Assembly (NCBI GenBank): GCA_030041335.1
Contig: JASHOB010000037.1
Location: 11,640-75,639 of the forward strand
Length of the DNA: 64,000 bases
From: Alphaproteobacteria bacterium
GTDB taxonomy: Bacteria > Pseudomonadota > Alphaproteobacteria > ATCC43930 > CGMCC-115725
Direction of reading: 5' to 3'
Shown here: piece by piece, positions 49,920 to 59,974 of the stretch
Numbering within the stretch: position 1 is the stretch's first letter
How the letters are laid out: each line of letters begins with the position of its first letter
Position numbers and translations under genes: made by a program
The notes under the pieces: model-generated
The model's database searches: none
Told to the model about the DNA's origin: nothing
What the model saw: only the letters and a program-made list of their open reading frames with translations

Positions 49920-50420
49920 TTATCGCTTCCGTGGAAAAACCCAGCAACTGGGCAGATGCGTCATCCCAATTCTTGGATAGTAAGTTTCAGCCGCTGGCGC
50001 GGCGACAAGTATCAGACTGGTGCCGTCTCCGGCGGCCTTGTGGGTTTCTTCAATAAGACGTTTGCCAATTCCCTGTCGCTGATAGTTCACGTCTACGGCC
50101 AAATCCGAAAGGTAACAGCAATAGGAGAAGTCCGTTACGGCTCGCGAGACGCCGACGAGACGGTCGGCATCCCGAGCGGTCACAATGAGATCCGCATGAC
50201 GTAGCATCTTGTCGAGGCGCGCGAGATCTTCGGCAGGGCGTCGCGCCGCGAGGGTCGATGCAACCAGAATGTTTCGAAACTCCTCGGCGGATAGGTTCGG
50301 CTCTAGGGAAAACCGCAAGCTACACCGGGCTCCTTGGCATTTGTTGCCGGGGTGGTGACCAAACACCAGTTTGGCAGCGTCGCGATTCAAATTCCAGAGC
50401 AGGGACGTGGCCGCCGTCAT
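49920..50420 (-). CDS. GNAT family N-acetyltransferase
   Basis: Acetyl-CoA motif A YQRQGIGKRLI. The start is uncertain: ATG at 50420, or TTG at 50318, which has an AAGGAG 11 nt upstream. Confidence 0.75.
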   Translation of the reverse strand: MTAATSLLWNLNRDAAKLVFGHHPGNKCQGARCSLRFSLEPNLSAEEFRNILVASTLAARRPAEDLARLDKMLRHADLIVTARDADRLVGVSRAVTDFSYCCYLSDLAVDVNYQRQGIGKRLIEETHKAAGDGTSLILVAAPAAETYYPRIGMTHLPSCWVFPRKR

Positions 50421-50920
50421 ATTCCCCGTGACCACCGCCTCTTGTGATCTCTTGAGGGATGCCCGACCGATCCTGCCCAACCCGACGCCACCCCGCGCCG
50501 ATCGCTAATGGGATGGCCGAGCCGAGGGCCGGCCCCTATATGAGCGGGTCTAACCGCCATCACTCGAACTCCGCCGCGTGCGCCACCGAGCGCGAGGGTG
50601 CACGACCGAAAGGCGAAGAGCCCCGAGATCCCCGGGCGAGGCTGTCGCCCGCCAAGGCCAACGACGAAGCTCAAAATGAGATAAGCGATGACGAGAATGC
50701 GCGAAGCCGGGAAGCGACCTACAGACCTTGGACGTCCGCCGGTTCGCAGTTTCGGCTAGAGCGCCAACGATACTGGTCTCCAACGAAGTCCGGCGATGGA
50801 TCGGCGCAAACGCGACACTTTAGGCGGTCGCGCATGTACGGGTTGCGGCGGCCAGAGCGGCGAAAGCGACGAACCCTCTAATCAACCTAACCGCTCTTAT
50901 GCATGGGGAGCGCACGCCAC

Positions 50921-51505
50921 TTAGAGGAACACACCGAAAATCACGTCTTCGATCTCACGGGTGGTCAAATTCACGAGCAGCAGGTCGGGCCCGTACCTAA
51001 CCCAGGTATATCCGGGAACGGGTGCCTGTAAACCCAGTGCGGCCCACCCCGTATAGAAGAACGTTGGAGCGAGGAACACACTGGGAAGTAGGGCGCCAAT
51101 GCCCCATCGGCGATAGGAATAGCCGCGTGGCCAGACAAAGGCCGGTCCTCTTATCCGGCTGTTCCACCGGCCGCGATGCCAAAACTGATTGCCCCGTGGT
51201 GGCAGCGGGCGATAGCGCGCCTGGGTCGGTCTTCGAGCAGCAGGTGGCCGCGGCCGCGACGGTCGAGTGGCCGCAGGTCGCGTTCCGCGCTGGCCGGGCC
51301 GCCCGGCCTGCGGTCGCGATCCCCTTTCCGGTCGCGACGACTGTCTTCCCCCCCTTCCTTCTGGTCGCGACGGCCTTCCAGAGCGATTGGGGGCCGACGC
51401 CGCAGGTCGACCCCTGCCGGTGTTCTGTCGCGAATTGTTTTGAGCCTCAGAGATGGCGGGAAGCAGCAACGACAGCGACATGAGCACGGCTATCAGCTTT
51501 TTCAT
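50921..51505 (-). CDS. secreted RcnB-like protein with long Arg/Pro/Gly-rich low-complexity linker
   Basis: Signal peptide MKKLIAVLMSLSLLLPAISEA. About 80 aa of RP(S/G/Q) repeats. C-terminal ...PVPGYTWVRYGPDLLLVNLTTREIEDVI resembles the RcnB-family motif. Confidence 0.65.
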   Translation of the reverse strand: MKKLIAVLMSLSLLLPAISEAQNNSRQNTGRGRPAASAPNRSGRPSRPEGRGGRQSSRPERGSRPQAGRPGQRGTRPAATRPSRPRPPAARRPTQARYRPLPPRGNQFWHRGRWNSRIRGPAFVWPRGYSYRRWGIGALLPSVFLAPTFFYTGWAALGLQAPVPGYTWVRYGPDLLLVNLTTREIEDVIFGVFL

Positions 51506-51602
51506 CGGCCCCTCGCTTTACCTGGGGGTTCGTCCTGCAAGATTCGATTTAAGCAAGCATGGGTTGGTTCTTCAATAGAGGATTGCACCGCAGCCCTCGT
51601 GG

Positions 51603-52394
51603 TCAAGACGGTGGTCGTGTCGTCTGGTAGCGCATTTCGGTCAGCTCATAGCCACAGTCCGCGCCGATGCGAACGATGCGCTCGTGCTCCGTCACGATCA
51701 TTTCAGGCCGCACCGTGATGATCGGCTCGCTCCTGGCGCGGTCGAGCGCCTCATCTGTGGTCCGGCTTCGCGCTAGCTTCAGCAAATTGAGCCGCGTCGG
51801 AAATACAATCAGAACGCGGCCGGCGTCCGCTTCACGCAAGGCCGCGTCTGGCGTGAACCAGAAGCAGTCGAGCGTCTCGTGTCCGTCGGGCACCGCGCTC
51901 TGCCCGGCCGGGGCGACAGCGATGAAGAATTGAGTATCGAAACGTCGTGGTTCCGCTGCGGGCGTGATCCAGTGCGCATAGCGCACGAGCCGATCCGTGG
52001 CGAGCTCGATTGCTTCGCGTTCGATGATCGTCGCCATCTTCGTTGCCGGGTGCCGATAGGCTGTCGTCAAACGACGAGTCTCCGCTTGGTCGAGAAAAGT
52101 GTCGATACCGGTGTGCCGGGCAAGCAAAATGCCGGCCTCTTCCCATGTTTCACGGATCGCTGCGATGCGGTAGGGAAGCAGATCGTCGGTGAGGCGTTCG
52201 ACGGCCAACGCTAGGTCGGCGGCGTCTACTTTCCCGCCCGGAAACACCAGAGCCCCGGCGGCAAAGCTCGATTTGACGTGCCGGCGCACCATGAGCACTT
52301 CAAGACCAGTTGGCGCGTCACGCACCACCAGAATGCTCGCGGCCGGAAGGGCAGGCACGATTTCCATAGCCGCCGATTTATAGAGCATTTCCAC
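51603..52394 (-). CDS. NUDIX hydrolase
   Basis: Nudix box elements FPGGKVD ... AAIRETWEEAGI. The start is either 52394 or MEIVPAL at 52367. Confidence 0.8.
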   Translation of the reverse strand: MEMLYKSAAMEIVPALPAASILVVRDAPTGLEVLMVRRHVKSSFAAGALVFPGGKVDAADLALAVERLTDDLLPYRIAAIRETWEEAGILLARHTGIDTFLDQAETRRLTTAYRHPATKMATIIEREAIELATDRLVRYAHWITPAAEPRRFDTQFFIAVAPAGQSAVPDGHETLDCFWFTPDAALREADAGRVLIVFPTRLNLLKLARSRTTDEALDRARSEPIITVRPEMIVTEHERIVRIGADCGYELTEMRYQTTRPPS

Positions 52395-52693
52395 CGCGCG
52401 CGGCCAGAGGTGGACATAAATGAGCTCGGTGAACGGGCGCCCGTCGTCACCGACGAACGGTGGAGCAGATGAAGCCTACGCATGCCGCGAGGGACCATGG
52501 CGGTGAGCCGCAAACAGCTTGACGGAGGAAGCGAAAATCCACGCCCTGGGAAGAAAGCGAATCGTTGCGCAGACGAAATTCGCGCGCCGGCGAAGATCCA
52601 ACGCCGTCGGTCAACATTCTCGGACACGAGCCGCTAAAAGGGATAGGTTTGGCTCATCCTTGACCCGTGGGGAACACTCCCCTACACCAAGTC

Positions 52694-52945
52694 ATGCTGC
52701 CTAAACTGCTGCTGCTCGCCTTCATATTACTGATCGTGTGGTATGGCGTGCGCTTCGTCACCCGGATCGGCCAGCTGCATCACGCAATGCGCCGGGCGGC
52801 GCAGCAAGCGACCGCGAATGCGCAACGCTCCGGTGGCCCGGCCCAGGCGGTCGCTGCCGAGGATTTGGTCAAATGTCGTGTTTGCAGTGCCTTTGTGCCG
52901 GCGAAAAGCGCGACCCGCTGCGCCCGTGCTGATTGTCCCTATTGA
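52694..52945 (+). CDS. small membrane protein with C-terminal CxxC...C...C zinc-ribbon-like tail
   Basis: MLPKLLLLAFILLIVWYGVRFV (TM) ... DLVKCRVCSAFVPAKSATRCARADCPY. Confidence 0.5.
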   Translation: MLPKLLLLAFILLIVWYGVRFVTRIGQLHHAMRRAAQQATANAQRSGGPAQAVAAEDLVKCRVCSAFVPAKSATRCARADCPY

Positions 52946-53058
52946 CCCGTCATCCGGGTGCGTCCTCCACCTTGCTTCGTGTCGGGCGTGTGGCTAAGTT
53001 GCATTGCAACATGCGCTTGTTTTTTCATCGAAATCTGCAATAGCGATGCCGGGTACGG

Positions 53059-53916
53059 GTGAGCAAGGACAGCTTTCAGGAATTGATATTGCGGCTTCAG
53101 GCGTACTGGGGCGCCAAAGGCTGCGTGATTCTCCAACCTTACGACATCGAGATGGGTGCCGGCACTTTTCATCCGGCAACAACGCTGCGTGCGCTCGGGC
53201 CGAAGCCATGGAACGCGGCCTACGTCCAGCCTTCACGCCGCCCGGGCGACGGGCGCTATGGCGAGAATCCCAATCGGCTGCAGCACTACTATCAGTTCCA
53301 GGTGATCCTGAAGCCGGCGCCGGCGCTTAGCCAGCAACTCTATCTCGACAGTCTCACCGCCCTCGGCATCGACGCGTGCCGTCACGACATCCGCTTCGTC
53401 GAGGATGATTGGGAGAGTCCGACCCTGGGCGCGTGGGGCCTCGGCTGGGAGGTCTGGCTCGACGGCATGGAAGTGACGCAGTTCACGTACTTTCAACAGA
53501 TCGGCGGCATCGAATGCGATCCAGTCTCGACCGAGATTACCTACGGTCTAGAGCGCCTCGCGATGTATGTGCAGGGGGTCAACAATTTCTTCGATCTCGA
53601 CTACAACGGGGCCGGCGTCAAATACGGGGACGTGTTCTTGCGGGCGGAACGGGAATACTCCGCTTACAATTTTGAATTCGCCGACACCGAAATGCTGCTG
53701 CGCCATTTTGGCGACGCCGAAAAGGAATGCACGGCGCTGTTAACGAATAACCTGCCGCTACCCGCCTACGACCAATGTATCAAGGCAAGCCATACCTTCA
53801 ATCTGCTCGATGCGCGCGGCGTCATTTCGGTGACCGAGCGCGCCGCCTATATCGCTCGGGTGCGCGCGCTGGCGAAGGCGTGTTGCGAGAGCTGGCTTGC
53901 GGGTGAGGTCGACTGA
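53059..53916 (+). CDS. glyQ: glycine--tRNA ligase alpha subunit
   Basis: GTG start. [47 protein letters not shown]...[21 protein letters not shown] is highly characteristic. Confidence 0.95.
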   Translation: MSKDSFQELILRLQAYWGAKGCVILQPYDIEMGAGTFHPATTLRALGPKPWNAAYVQPSRRPGDGRYGENPNRLQHYYQFQVILKPAPALSQQLYLDSLTALGIDACRHDIRFVEDDWESPTLGAWGLGWEVWLDGMEVTQFTYFQQIGGIECDPVSTEITYGLERLAMYVQGVNNFFDLDYNGAGVKYGDVFLRAEREYSAYNFEFADTEMLLRHFGDAEKECTALLTNNLPLPAYDQCIKASHTFNLLDARGVISVTERAAYIARVRALAKACCESWLAGEVD

Positions 53917-56024
53917 TGCCGGAACTGCTGCTGGAATTGCTGACGGAGGAAATTCCGGCGCGCATGCAGAGGCGCGCAGCCGACGATATGGTGCGCCTCG
54001 CGCACGACAAACTTGCGGTCGCCGGTCTCGGAGTGGCGAAGGCTGAGAGTTTTGTCACACCGCGACGACTGGTGCTGGTCTGCGAGGATTTGCCCGCCAG
54101 TCAAGTCGACATGGAGGAGGAGCGCCGCGGCCCGCGCGTCGGCGCGCCGGGGCCCGCGATCGAGGGGTTTCTTAAATCGGCCGGCGTCACGCTGGCGCAA
54201 TGCGAGCAGCGCGATACCGGCAAGGGCGTGTTCTACTTTGCCGTTATCCGCCGCGGCGGGCGGGCAACGGCAGAGATCTTGCCCGAATTGCTGCGCGCCC
54301 TGCTGCTCGATCTGCCTTGGCCGAAATCGATGCGCTTTCCTGCCGCGTCCTTCCGTTGGGTGCGGCCTATAGATTCCGTGCTCTGCCTGTTCGGTGGCGA
54401 TGTCGTACAGCTCGACCTTGGCGGCATCGCGACTGGTAATTTGTCGCAAGGCCATCGCTTTCTGGCGCCACGCGCCTTCGCGGTAAGCGGCGTTGCCGAT
54501 TACCGCAAGCGGTTGCGTGAGAGCTACGTCATGCTCGACGCCAAGGATCGCAGCCGCGCCATCAACCTCGCGCTTTATGAGCGGGCGGCTGAGGTTCAGC
54601 TGACCGTGAAGGATGATCCGGATCTGCTCGAGGAGGTGACGGGTCTGGTCGAATGGCCAGTCGTTATGATGGGCGCGATTGATCCCGTCTTCATGGATCT
54701 GCCTTCCGAAGTTCTGACCACCGCGATGCGGGCTCATCAGAGATATTTTTCCTGCCTTGACCGCAACGGTAAGCTCGCGCCCCGCTTCCTGCTCGTCGCC
54801 AACAATATTGCCGACGACGGCGGGCAGGCGATTGTGGCGGGCAATGAGCGCGTGCTCCGCGCTCGTCTCGCCGATGCGCGCTTCTTCTGGGACACAGACC
54901 GCAAGATCAGGCTCGCGGCGCGCCTGCCAAAGCTCAGCGAGCGCATCTTCTATCAGGGCCTCGGGACCATGGCCGACAAGGCCGAGCGGCTGACGCGGCT
55001 AGCGGGCGATATCGCCGATCAGATCGCGCGTCGCAGGCCCGATCTCGCCCGCACCGCACCGGTGCTGCACCAGACTGCCGCGCGCGCCGGTTGGCTCGCC
55101 AAGGCCGATCTCACCAGCGCCATGGTCGGCGAATTCCCGGAATTGCAGGGCATCATGGGGCGCTACTACGCCGAGGCGGAAGGCGAACCCAACGACGTCG
55201 CGCTTGCGATTGCCGAGCATTATTCGCCGCTCGGACCGAGCGACCGCTGTCCGAGCGCGCCCGCAAGCATTGCCGTGGCGATGGCCGACAAGATTGATAC
55301 GCTGGTTGGCTTTTTCATCATCGGCGAAAAGCCGACCGGATCGAAGGATCCGTTCGCATTGCGCCGCGCCGCCCTGGGCGCAATCCGACTCATCCTTGAA
55401 AATGACTTGCGCCTCTCGCTCCGGGAGGTTCTGCGCGGAGCCTTGGCGCAATGGCGGGATTCGCTTGCCAGCAGTCGCATCGACGACCAGCCAATCATTG
55501 AAGTGCTCGATTTCTTCGGTGAGCGTCTGAAAGTGCATTTGCGCGATCGCGGCGTGCGGCACGACCTGATCACGGCGGTGTTCGCTTTGGGGGAAGACGA
55601 TTTGGTGCGTCTGACGCGCCGGGTAGCCGCGTTGGCGGCGTTTCTCGGTACCGAAGACGGGGCCAACTTGCTCGTCGCCTACCGTCGCGCGGCTAACATT
55701 GTCGGGATCGAAGAGAAACGCGACGGCGTTACCTATAGCGGCATGCCCGACGCGGCACGATTCGTCGAGGCAGAGGAATCGGCATTGGGAGCCCGTCTCG
55801 ACGCCGCCGAACGACTGGTCGCCGCGGCCTTGGAAACTGAGGATTTTGCCGACGCAATGATGGCATTAGCGGGTCTCAGAGGGCAAATTGACGCTTTCTT
55901 CACGGAAATTACCGTCAATGTCGGAGACCAGGAGCTTCGTGCCAACCGGCTGAGCCTGTTGGCGCGCATCCGCGGTACGTTCGATCGCGTCGCCGATTTT
56001 TCCTGCATCGAAGGGCAGATGTGA
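53916..56024 (+). CDS. glyS: glycine--tRNA ligase beta subunit
   Basis: 702 aa, [18 protein letters not shown]. 1-nt overlap (TGATG) with glyQ. Confidence 0.95.
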   Translation: MPELLLELLTEEIPARMQRRAADDMVRLAHDKLAVAGLGVAKAESFVTPRRLVLVCEDLPASQVDMEEERRGPRVGAPGPAIEGFLKSAGVTLAQCEQRDTGKGVFYFAVIRRGGRATAEILPELLRALLLDLPWPKSMRFPAASFRWVRPIDSVLCLFGGDVVQLDLGGIATGNLSQGHRFLAPRAFAVSGVADYRKRLRESYVMLDAKDRSRAINLALYERAAEVQLTVKDDPDLLEEVTGLVEWPVVMMGAIDPVFMDLPSEVLTTAMRAHQRYFSCLDRNGKLAPRFLLVANNIADDGGQAIVAGNERVLRARLADARFFWDTDRKIRLAARLPKLSERIFYQGLGTMADKAERLTRLAGDIADQIARRRPDLARTAPVLHQTAARAGWLAKADLTSAMVGEFPELQGIMGRYYAEAEGEPNDVALAIAEHYSPLGPSDRCPSAPASIAVAMADKIDTLVGFFIIGEKPTGSKDPFALRRAALGAIRLILENDLRLSLREVLRGALAQWRDSLASSRIDDQPIIEVLDFFGERLKVHLRDRGVRHDLITAVFALGEDDLVRLTRRVAALAAFLGTEDGANLLVAYRRAANIVGIEEKRDGVTYSGMPDAARFVEAEESALGARLDAAERLVAAALETEDFADAMMALAGLRGQIDAFFTEITVNVGDQELRANRLSLLARIRGTFDRVADFSCIEGQM

Positions 56025-58705
56025 TGACGCAGTGGATCTACAGCTTCGGCGAAGGCACCGCCGACGGCGGCGCGCAGATGATTGACTTGTTGGGCGGCAA
56101 AGGCGCCAACCTGGCGGAGATGAGCCTTCTGGGTCTGCCGGTGCCGCCTGGATTCACGATCACGACGGATGTCTGTACCTACTATTATGCCAACAACCAT
56201 ACCTATCCGAAGAAGCTTGCGGACGAGGTCGCGAAGGCGCTGGAACTGGTCGAAAAGCGGATCGGCGCCAGGTTTGGCGATGCCGAAAATCCGTTGCTGG
56301 TGTCGGTCCGGTCCGGCGCGCGCGCTTCGATGCCGGGCATGATGGATACGGTGCTCAATCTCGGCCTCAACGACAAAACCGTGATCGGGCTCGCCAAAAG
56401 GAGCGGTGATCAACGGTTTGCCTACGATTCGTATCGCCGCTTTATTCAGATGTATGCGCAGGTCGTGCTCGGAGTCGATCATCATCATTTCGAGGATGTG
56501 ATCGAGCGCCAAAAGCTGGCGACCGGTGCGACGCTCGACACACAGCTGTCGGCGAAGGACTGGCAGCAAGTCATTGCCGCGTACAAGACGCTGGTGCAGC
56601 GCGAGCTGAAGGAGCCATTTCCGCAGGACCCGCGGGCGCAATTGTGGGGCGCGATCGGCGCGGTGTTCGGCTCTTGGATGAATCCGCGTGCGATCACCTA
56701 TCGCCGGCTGCACGATATCCCGGCAGATTGGGGCACGGCAGTCACGGTCCAGGCCATGGTGTTCGGCAACATGGGCGAGGATTGCGCCACCGGGGTCGCG
56801 TTCACCCGCAATCCCTCGACCGGCGCCAACGAGTTCTACGGTGAGTTTCTGGTCAATGCCCAGGGCGAGGACGTCGTGGCCGGCCTTCGCACGCCGCAAC
56901 ATCTGACCGTCGCGGGAAAAAAGGCAAATGGTTCGACGCGGCCGGCGATGGAAGAGGTAATGCCCGGTCTGTTTCAAGAGTTGCTTAAGGTGCGGGCGAC
57001 GCTCGAGGCGCATTACCGCGACATGCAGGACATCGAATTCACGGTGCAGCAGGGTCGGCTTTACATGCTGCAGACCCGCACCGGCAAACGCACGGCGGAG
57101 GCCGCAGTGAAGATCGCCGTCGATTGTGTACAAAGCGGCGTGATCTCGCGTGCCGAAGCGGTGAAGCGCATCGATCCCGCTTCGCTCGACCAGCTACTGC
57201 ACCCCCGGCTCGATCCCAAGGCGAAAAAGCTGGTTCTGGCGAAGGGTTTGCCGGCGTCGCCGGGCGCAGCTTCGGGTATCGTTGTATTCTCCGCCGATGA
57301 GGCCGAAGCCCACGCCGCGCGCGGCAAGGATGTGATCCTCGTGCGTATCGAGACGAGCCCGGACGACATCAATGGCATGCATGCGGCCAAGGGCACCCTC
57401 ACCACGCGCGGTGGTATGACCAGCCACGCCGCGGTGGTTGCGCGCGGCATGGGCCGCCCCTGCGTTGCCGGCGCCGGCGAACTGCGCGTCGACTATGTCG
57501 CCGGCACGCTTGCCGTCCGCGACCGCGTGGTCCGTGCCGGCGAAATCCTCACGATCGACGGGTCGACCGGTGAGGTAATTGATGGCCTGGTACCGACACT
57601 TCAACCCGAACTGTCTGGCGATTTTGCCACGCTGATGGGCTGGGCCGACGAGGTGCGCCGCATGCGGGTGCGTGCCAACGCCGACACGCCTACCGACGCG
57701 CGTGCCGCGCGCCGCTTCGGTGCCGAAGGCATCGGCCTGTGCCGCACCGAGCATATGTTCTTCGAAGGCGATCGTATTGTCGCGGTGCGCGAAATGATCA
57801 TGGCGGAGGACGCGGAGGGGCGGCGGACGGCACTCGCCAAATTGCTGCCGATTCAGCGCCAGGACTTTATCGACATCTATAAGATCATGGGCGACCTGCC
57901 GGTGACGATCCGCCTGCTCGACCCCCCGCTCCATGAGTTCCTGCCGAAAACCGAAGAAGAAATGCGCGAGGTCGCGGCCGCGACCGGGAAGGATCTCACG
58001 GCCATCCGTCAGCGGGCGCTCGCGCTGCACGAAGCCAATCCAATGCTTGGTCATCGCGGTGTGCGGCTCGCCATTACATCGCCCGAGATCTATGACATGC
58101 AGGTCCGCGCTATCTTCGAGGCGGCCGCGCATGTGGCCGCGGAAACCGGGGTAACGATCAAGCCGGAAATCATGATTCCGCTGGTGGCAACAAAGAGAGA
58201 GCTTGACCTGATCAAGGCGTCGATCGACCGCATCGCCGCCGAAGTGGCAAAAAGTGTGGGACGCGTCGTGCCCTATCTCGTCGGTACCATGATTGAACTG
58301 CCGCGCGCCGCGCTGCGCGCCGGTGAAATCGCGAAGGCCGCCGAGTTCTTCAGCTTCGGCACCAACGATCTGACCCAGACCACCCTCGGACTTTCGCGCG
58401 ACGATTCCGGAAATTTCCTCAATGCCTATCAAAAGGCCGGCATTCTCGAGCACGATCCGTTTGTCACCATCGACCGCGATGGCGTCGGCGAGCTGATCCG
58501 TATGGCATCTGTTCGCGGTCGCAAGAGCCGCGGCGATCTGAAGCTAGGCATTTGCGGCGAACATGGCGGCGATCCCGCATCGATCCGCTTCTGCGAGGAG
58601 GTCGGACTGGACTATGTGTCGTGCTCGCCCTACCGCGTACCGATCGCCCGGCTTGCGGCGGCCCAGGCGGCAATGTCAAAAGAGCACGTTGAAACCACCG
58701 TTTAG
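56024..58705 (+). CDS. ppdK: pyruvate, phosphate dikinase
   Basis: MTQWIYSFGEG...LLGGKGANLAEM, phospho-His loop GGMTSHAAVVARGMG, C-terminal CGEHGGDP. The start overlaps the glyS stop. Confidence 0.95.
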   Translation: MTQWIYSFGEGTADGGAQMIDLLGGKGANLAEMSLLGLPVPPGFTITTDVCTYYYANNHTYPKKLADEVAKALELVEKRIGARFGDAENPLLVSVRSGARASMPGMMDTVLNLGLNDKTVIGLAKRSGDQRFAYDSYRRFIQMYAQVVLGVDHHHFEDVIERQKLATGATLDTQLSAKDWQQVIAAYKTLVQRELKEPFPQDPRAQLWGAIGAVFGSWMNPRAITYRRLHDIPADWGTAVTVQAMVFGNMGEDCATGVAFTRNPSTGANEFYGEFLVNAQGEDVVAGLRTPQHLTVAGKKANGSTRPAMEEVMPGLFQELLKVRATLEAHYRDMQDIEFTVQQGRLYMLQTRTGKRTAEAAVKIAVDCVQSGVISRAEAVKRIDPASLDQLLHPRLDPKAKKLVLAKGLPASPGAASGIVVFSADEAEAHAARGKDVILVRIETSPDDINGMHAAKGTLTTRGGMTSHAAVVARGMGRPCVAGAGELRVDYVAGTLAVRDRVVRAGEILTIDGSTGEVIDGLVPTLQPELSGDFATLMGWADEVRRMRVRANADTPTDARAARRFGAEGIGLCRTEHMFFEGDRIVAVREMIMAEDAEGRRTALAKLLPIQRQDFIDIYKIMGDLPVTIRLLDPPLHEFLPKTEEEMREVAAATGKDLTAIRQRALALHEANPMLGHRGVRLAITSPEIYDMQVRAIFEAAAHVAAETGVTIKPEIMIPLVATKRELDLIKASIDRIAAEVAKSVGRVVPYLVGTMIELPRAALRAGEIAKAAEFFSFGTNDLTQTTLGLSRDDSGNFLNAYQKAGILEHDPFVTIDRDGVGELIRMASVRGRKSRGDLKLGICGEHGGDPASIRFCEEVGLDYVSCSPYRVPIARLAAAQAAMSKEHVETTV

Positions 58706-58719
58706 GAAGGGATCGCGCC

Positions 58720-59124
58720 ATGGGGGCGATCTATGTTGCACGCAGCGCCAAGTTTTCCGAGTGGGCGTCCGACGTCGGCCTGAGTAAGCACGTCTACAGG
58801 CTTGGCTATACCAACGACCCCGTCGAGGAGGTCGTCAAGGCGAATTGGGGCGGCTTCGACGATTGGACCATCGTGCGCAAGAAAGCGGCGGAAGGTATCG
58901 AGGAAGCGGAATTGGTAGCCAAGATGGCGCGCAAGGAAAAGATGATTGATCCAGCCTATTATCCGCGTCTCAAAGGCGCCACCGGGATATTTAAGGTGGC
59001 GCAAGACCATGTCGAGAACAGCATCATCGTCGCCAAGACCATGGCGAATGACGCTCTCCCGAAAGCGCTGCGCGTCAAACCCAGCGACTTCGCCGCCTAT
59101 CTCATCGAGGGCGTACTGAAATGA
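58720..59124 (+). CDS. hypothetical protein, T5orf172/GIY-YIG-like N-terminal pattern
   Basis: 134 aa. GAIYVARS...HVYRLGYTNDPVEEVVK...GIFKV loosely matches the (Y)V(Y)...K(I)G.T.dp pattern of T5orf172/MUG113 domains. 14 bp after ppdK. Confidence 0.45.
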   Translation: MGAIYVARSAKFSEWASDVGLSKHVYRLGYTNDPVEEVVKANWGGFDDWTIVRKKAAEGIEEAELVAKMARKEKMIDPAYYPRLKGATGIFKVAQDHVENSIIVAKTMANDALPKALRVKPSDFAAYLIEGVLK

Positions 59125-59974
59125 TCGCGGCGCCGGCGTTGAGCGGCGCTTTCTCCATGGCATCCAACCGTAACAGGGCGAGCGCCGCGCCGTCGCGGCC
59201 AGAGCGCATCTCACCAACCTCGTCTTCACCCGACATGATGGCTGTGCCAGGCGCCGGCATCGGGCCGGCGACGGTAACCGGCACCAGCAGCTTCTTGACG
59301 AGGGCGCGGTATTTCATGCGCGCCGTCAGCTCTTGGCCAATATAGCAACCCTTGCTCCAATCGATACCGTTGAGGTCATCGAAACCGGATTCCATGAGGA
59401 GCGATTTTTCCGGAACGAGATCACGGCTGCCGTCGGGTATGCCGAGGGAGAGGCGAAGCCGATCGTAGTCGGTGGCGTCGGTTCGAGCAAAGCCGAGCTG
59501 CGTCAATGCGGGTTCGGTTTCGCGGGGAACAATGAGGCGCGCGCCCATGGCTCGATTCCGCGGATCCGTGAAAGCGACGCCGCCCGCAAAGGGGACCGCC
59601 GCGCCGATGTCGCCAGGCAGACCCAATACGGATAACGCGTCCTGGCCTAACGCGGCGCAGACCATGAATTCGTCCACCGGCGCGATCGCGACCTTAGACC
59701 GGAGTTTGTAGATCGTAAGGCGTCGTATCAGGTCGGCAAGCCGCGCCGCCTCGGCGTCGAGCAGAAAGGCATCACCGAAATTTGCCAGGAATAAATCATG
59801 CAGAAATCGTCCCTGCGCGGTCAGCAAAGCAGCGTAAATCGCCACATTTCGGGCGAGTTTAGTGACATCGTTGGAGATCAACCCTTGGAGGAAATCCGCC
59901 CGATCCGGTCCATCGATCCGCAACACGGCCCGGGAGCCGAGAATCGCAAACAGCCTGCTCACGCGATCCGCCAT
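59102..59974 (-). CDS. ygfZ: folate-binding Fe-S cluster repair/tRNA-modification protein YgfZ
   Basis: [16 protein letters not shown] and the signature [21 protein letters not shown]. Confidence 0.85.
   Translation of the reverse strand: MADRVSRLFAILGSRAVLRIDGPDRADFLQGLISNDVTKLARNVAIYAALLTAQGRFLHDLFLANFGDAFLLDAEAARLADLIRRLTIYKLRSKVAIAPVDEFMVCAALGQDALSVLGLPGDIGAAVPFAGGVAFTDPRNRAMGARLIVPRETEPALTQLGFARTDATDYDRLRLSLGIPDGSRDLVPEKSLLMESGFDDLNGIDWSKGCYIGQELTARMKYRALVKKLLVPVTVAGPMPAPGTAIMSGEDEVGEMRSGRDGAALALLRLDAMEKAPLNAGAAIISVRPR

Noticed and set aside
50459-51718. Plus-strand ORFs (50459..50881, 51022..51483, 51176..51718)
   Set aside because: They are compositional artefacts opposite the GNAT upstream region and the RP-repeat gene.
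52946-53058. T-box or other leader upstream of glyQ; palindrome GTTGCA-T-TGCAAC (52998-53010) followed by a T-run
   Set aside because: 113 bp is too short for a T-box and I saw no specifier or T-box sequence. The 6-bp stem with a T-run 8 nt away is at best a weak terminator for the preceding small ORF.
53847-58453. Long minus-strand ORFs 53847..54737, 54999..55562, 55733..57133, 57194..58453
   Set aside because: All are antisense to the unambiguous glyS and ppdK genes. They are shadow ORFs.
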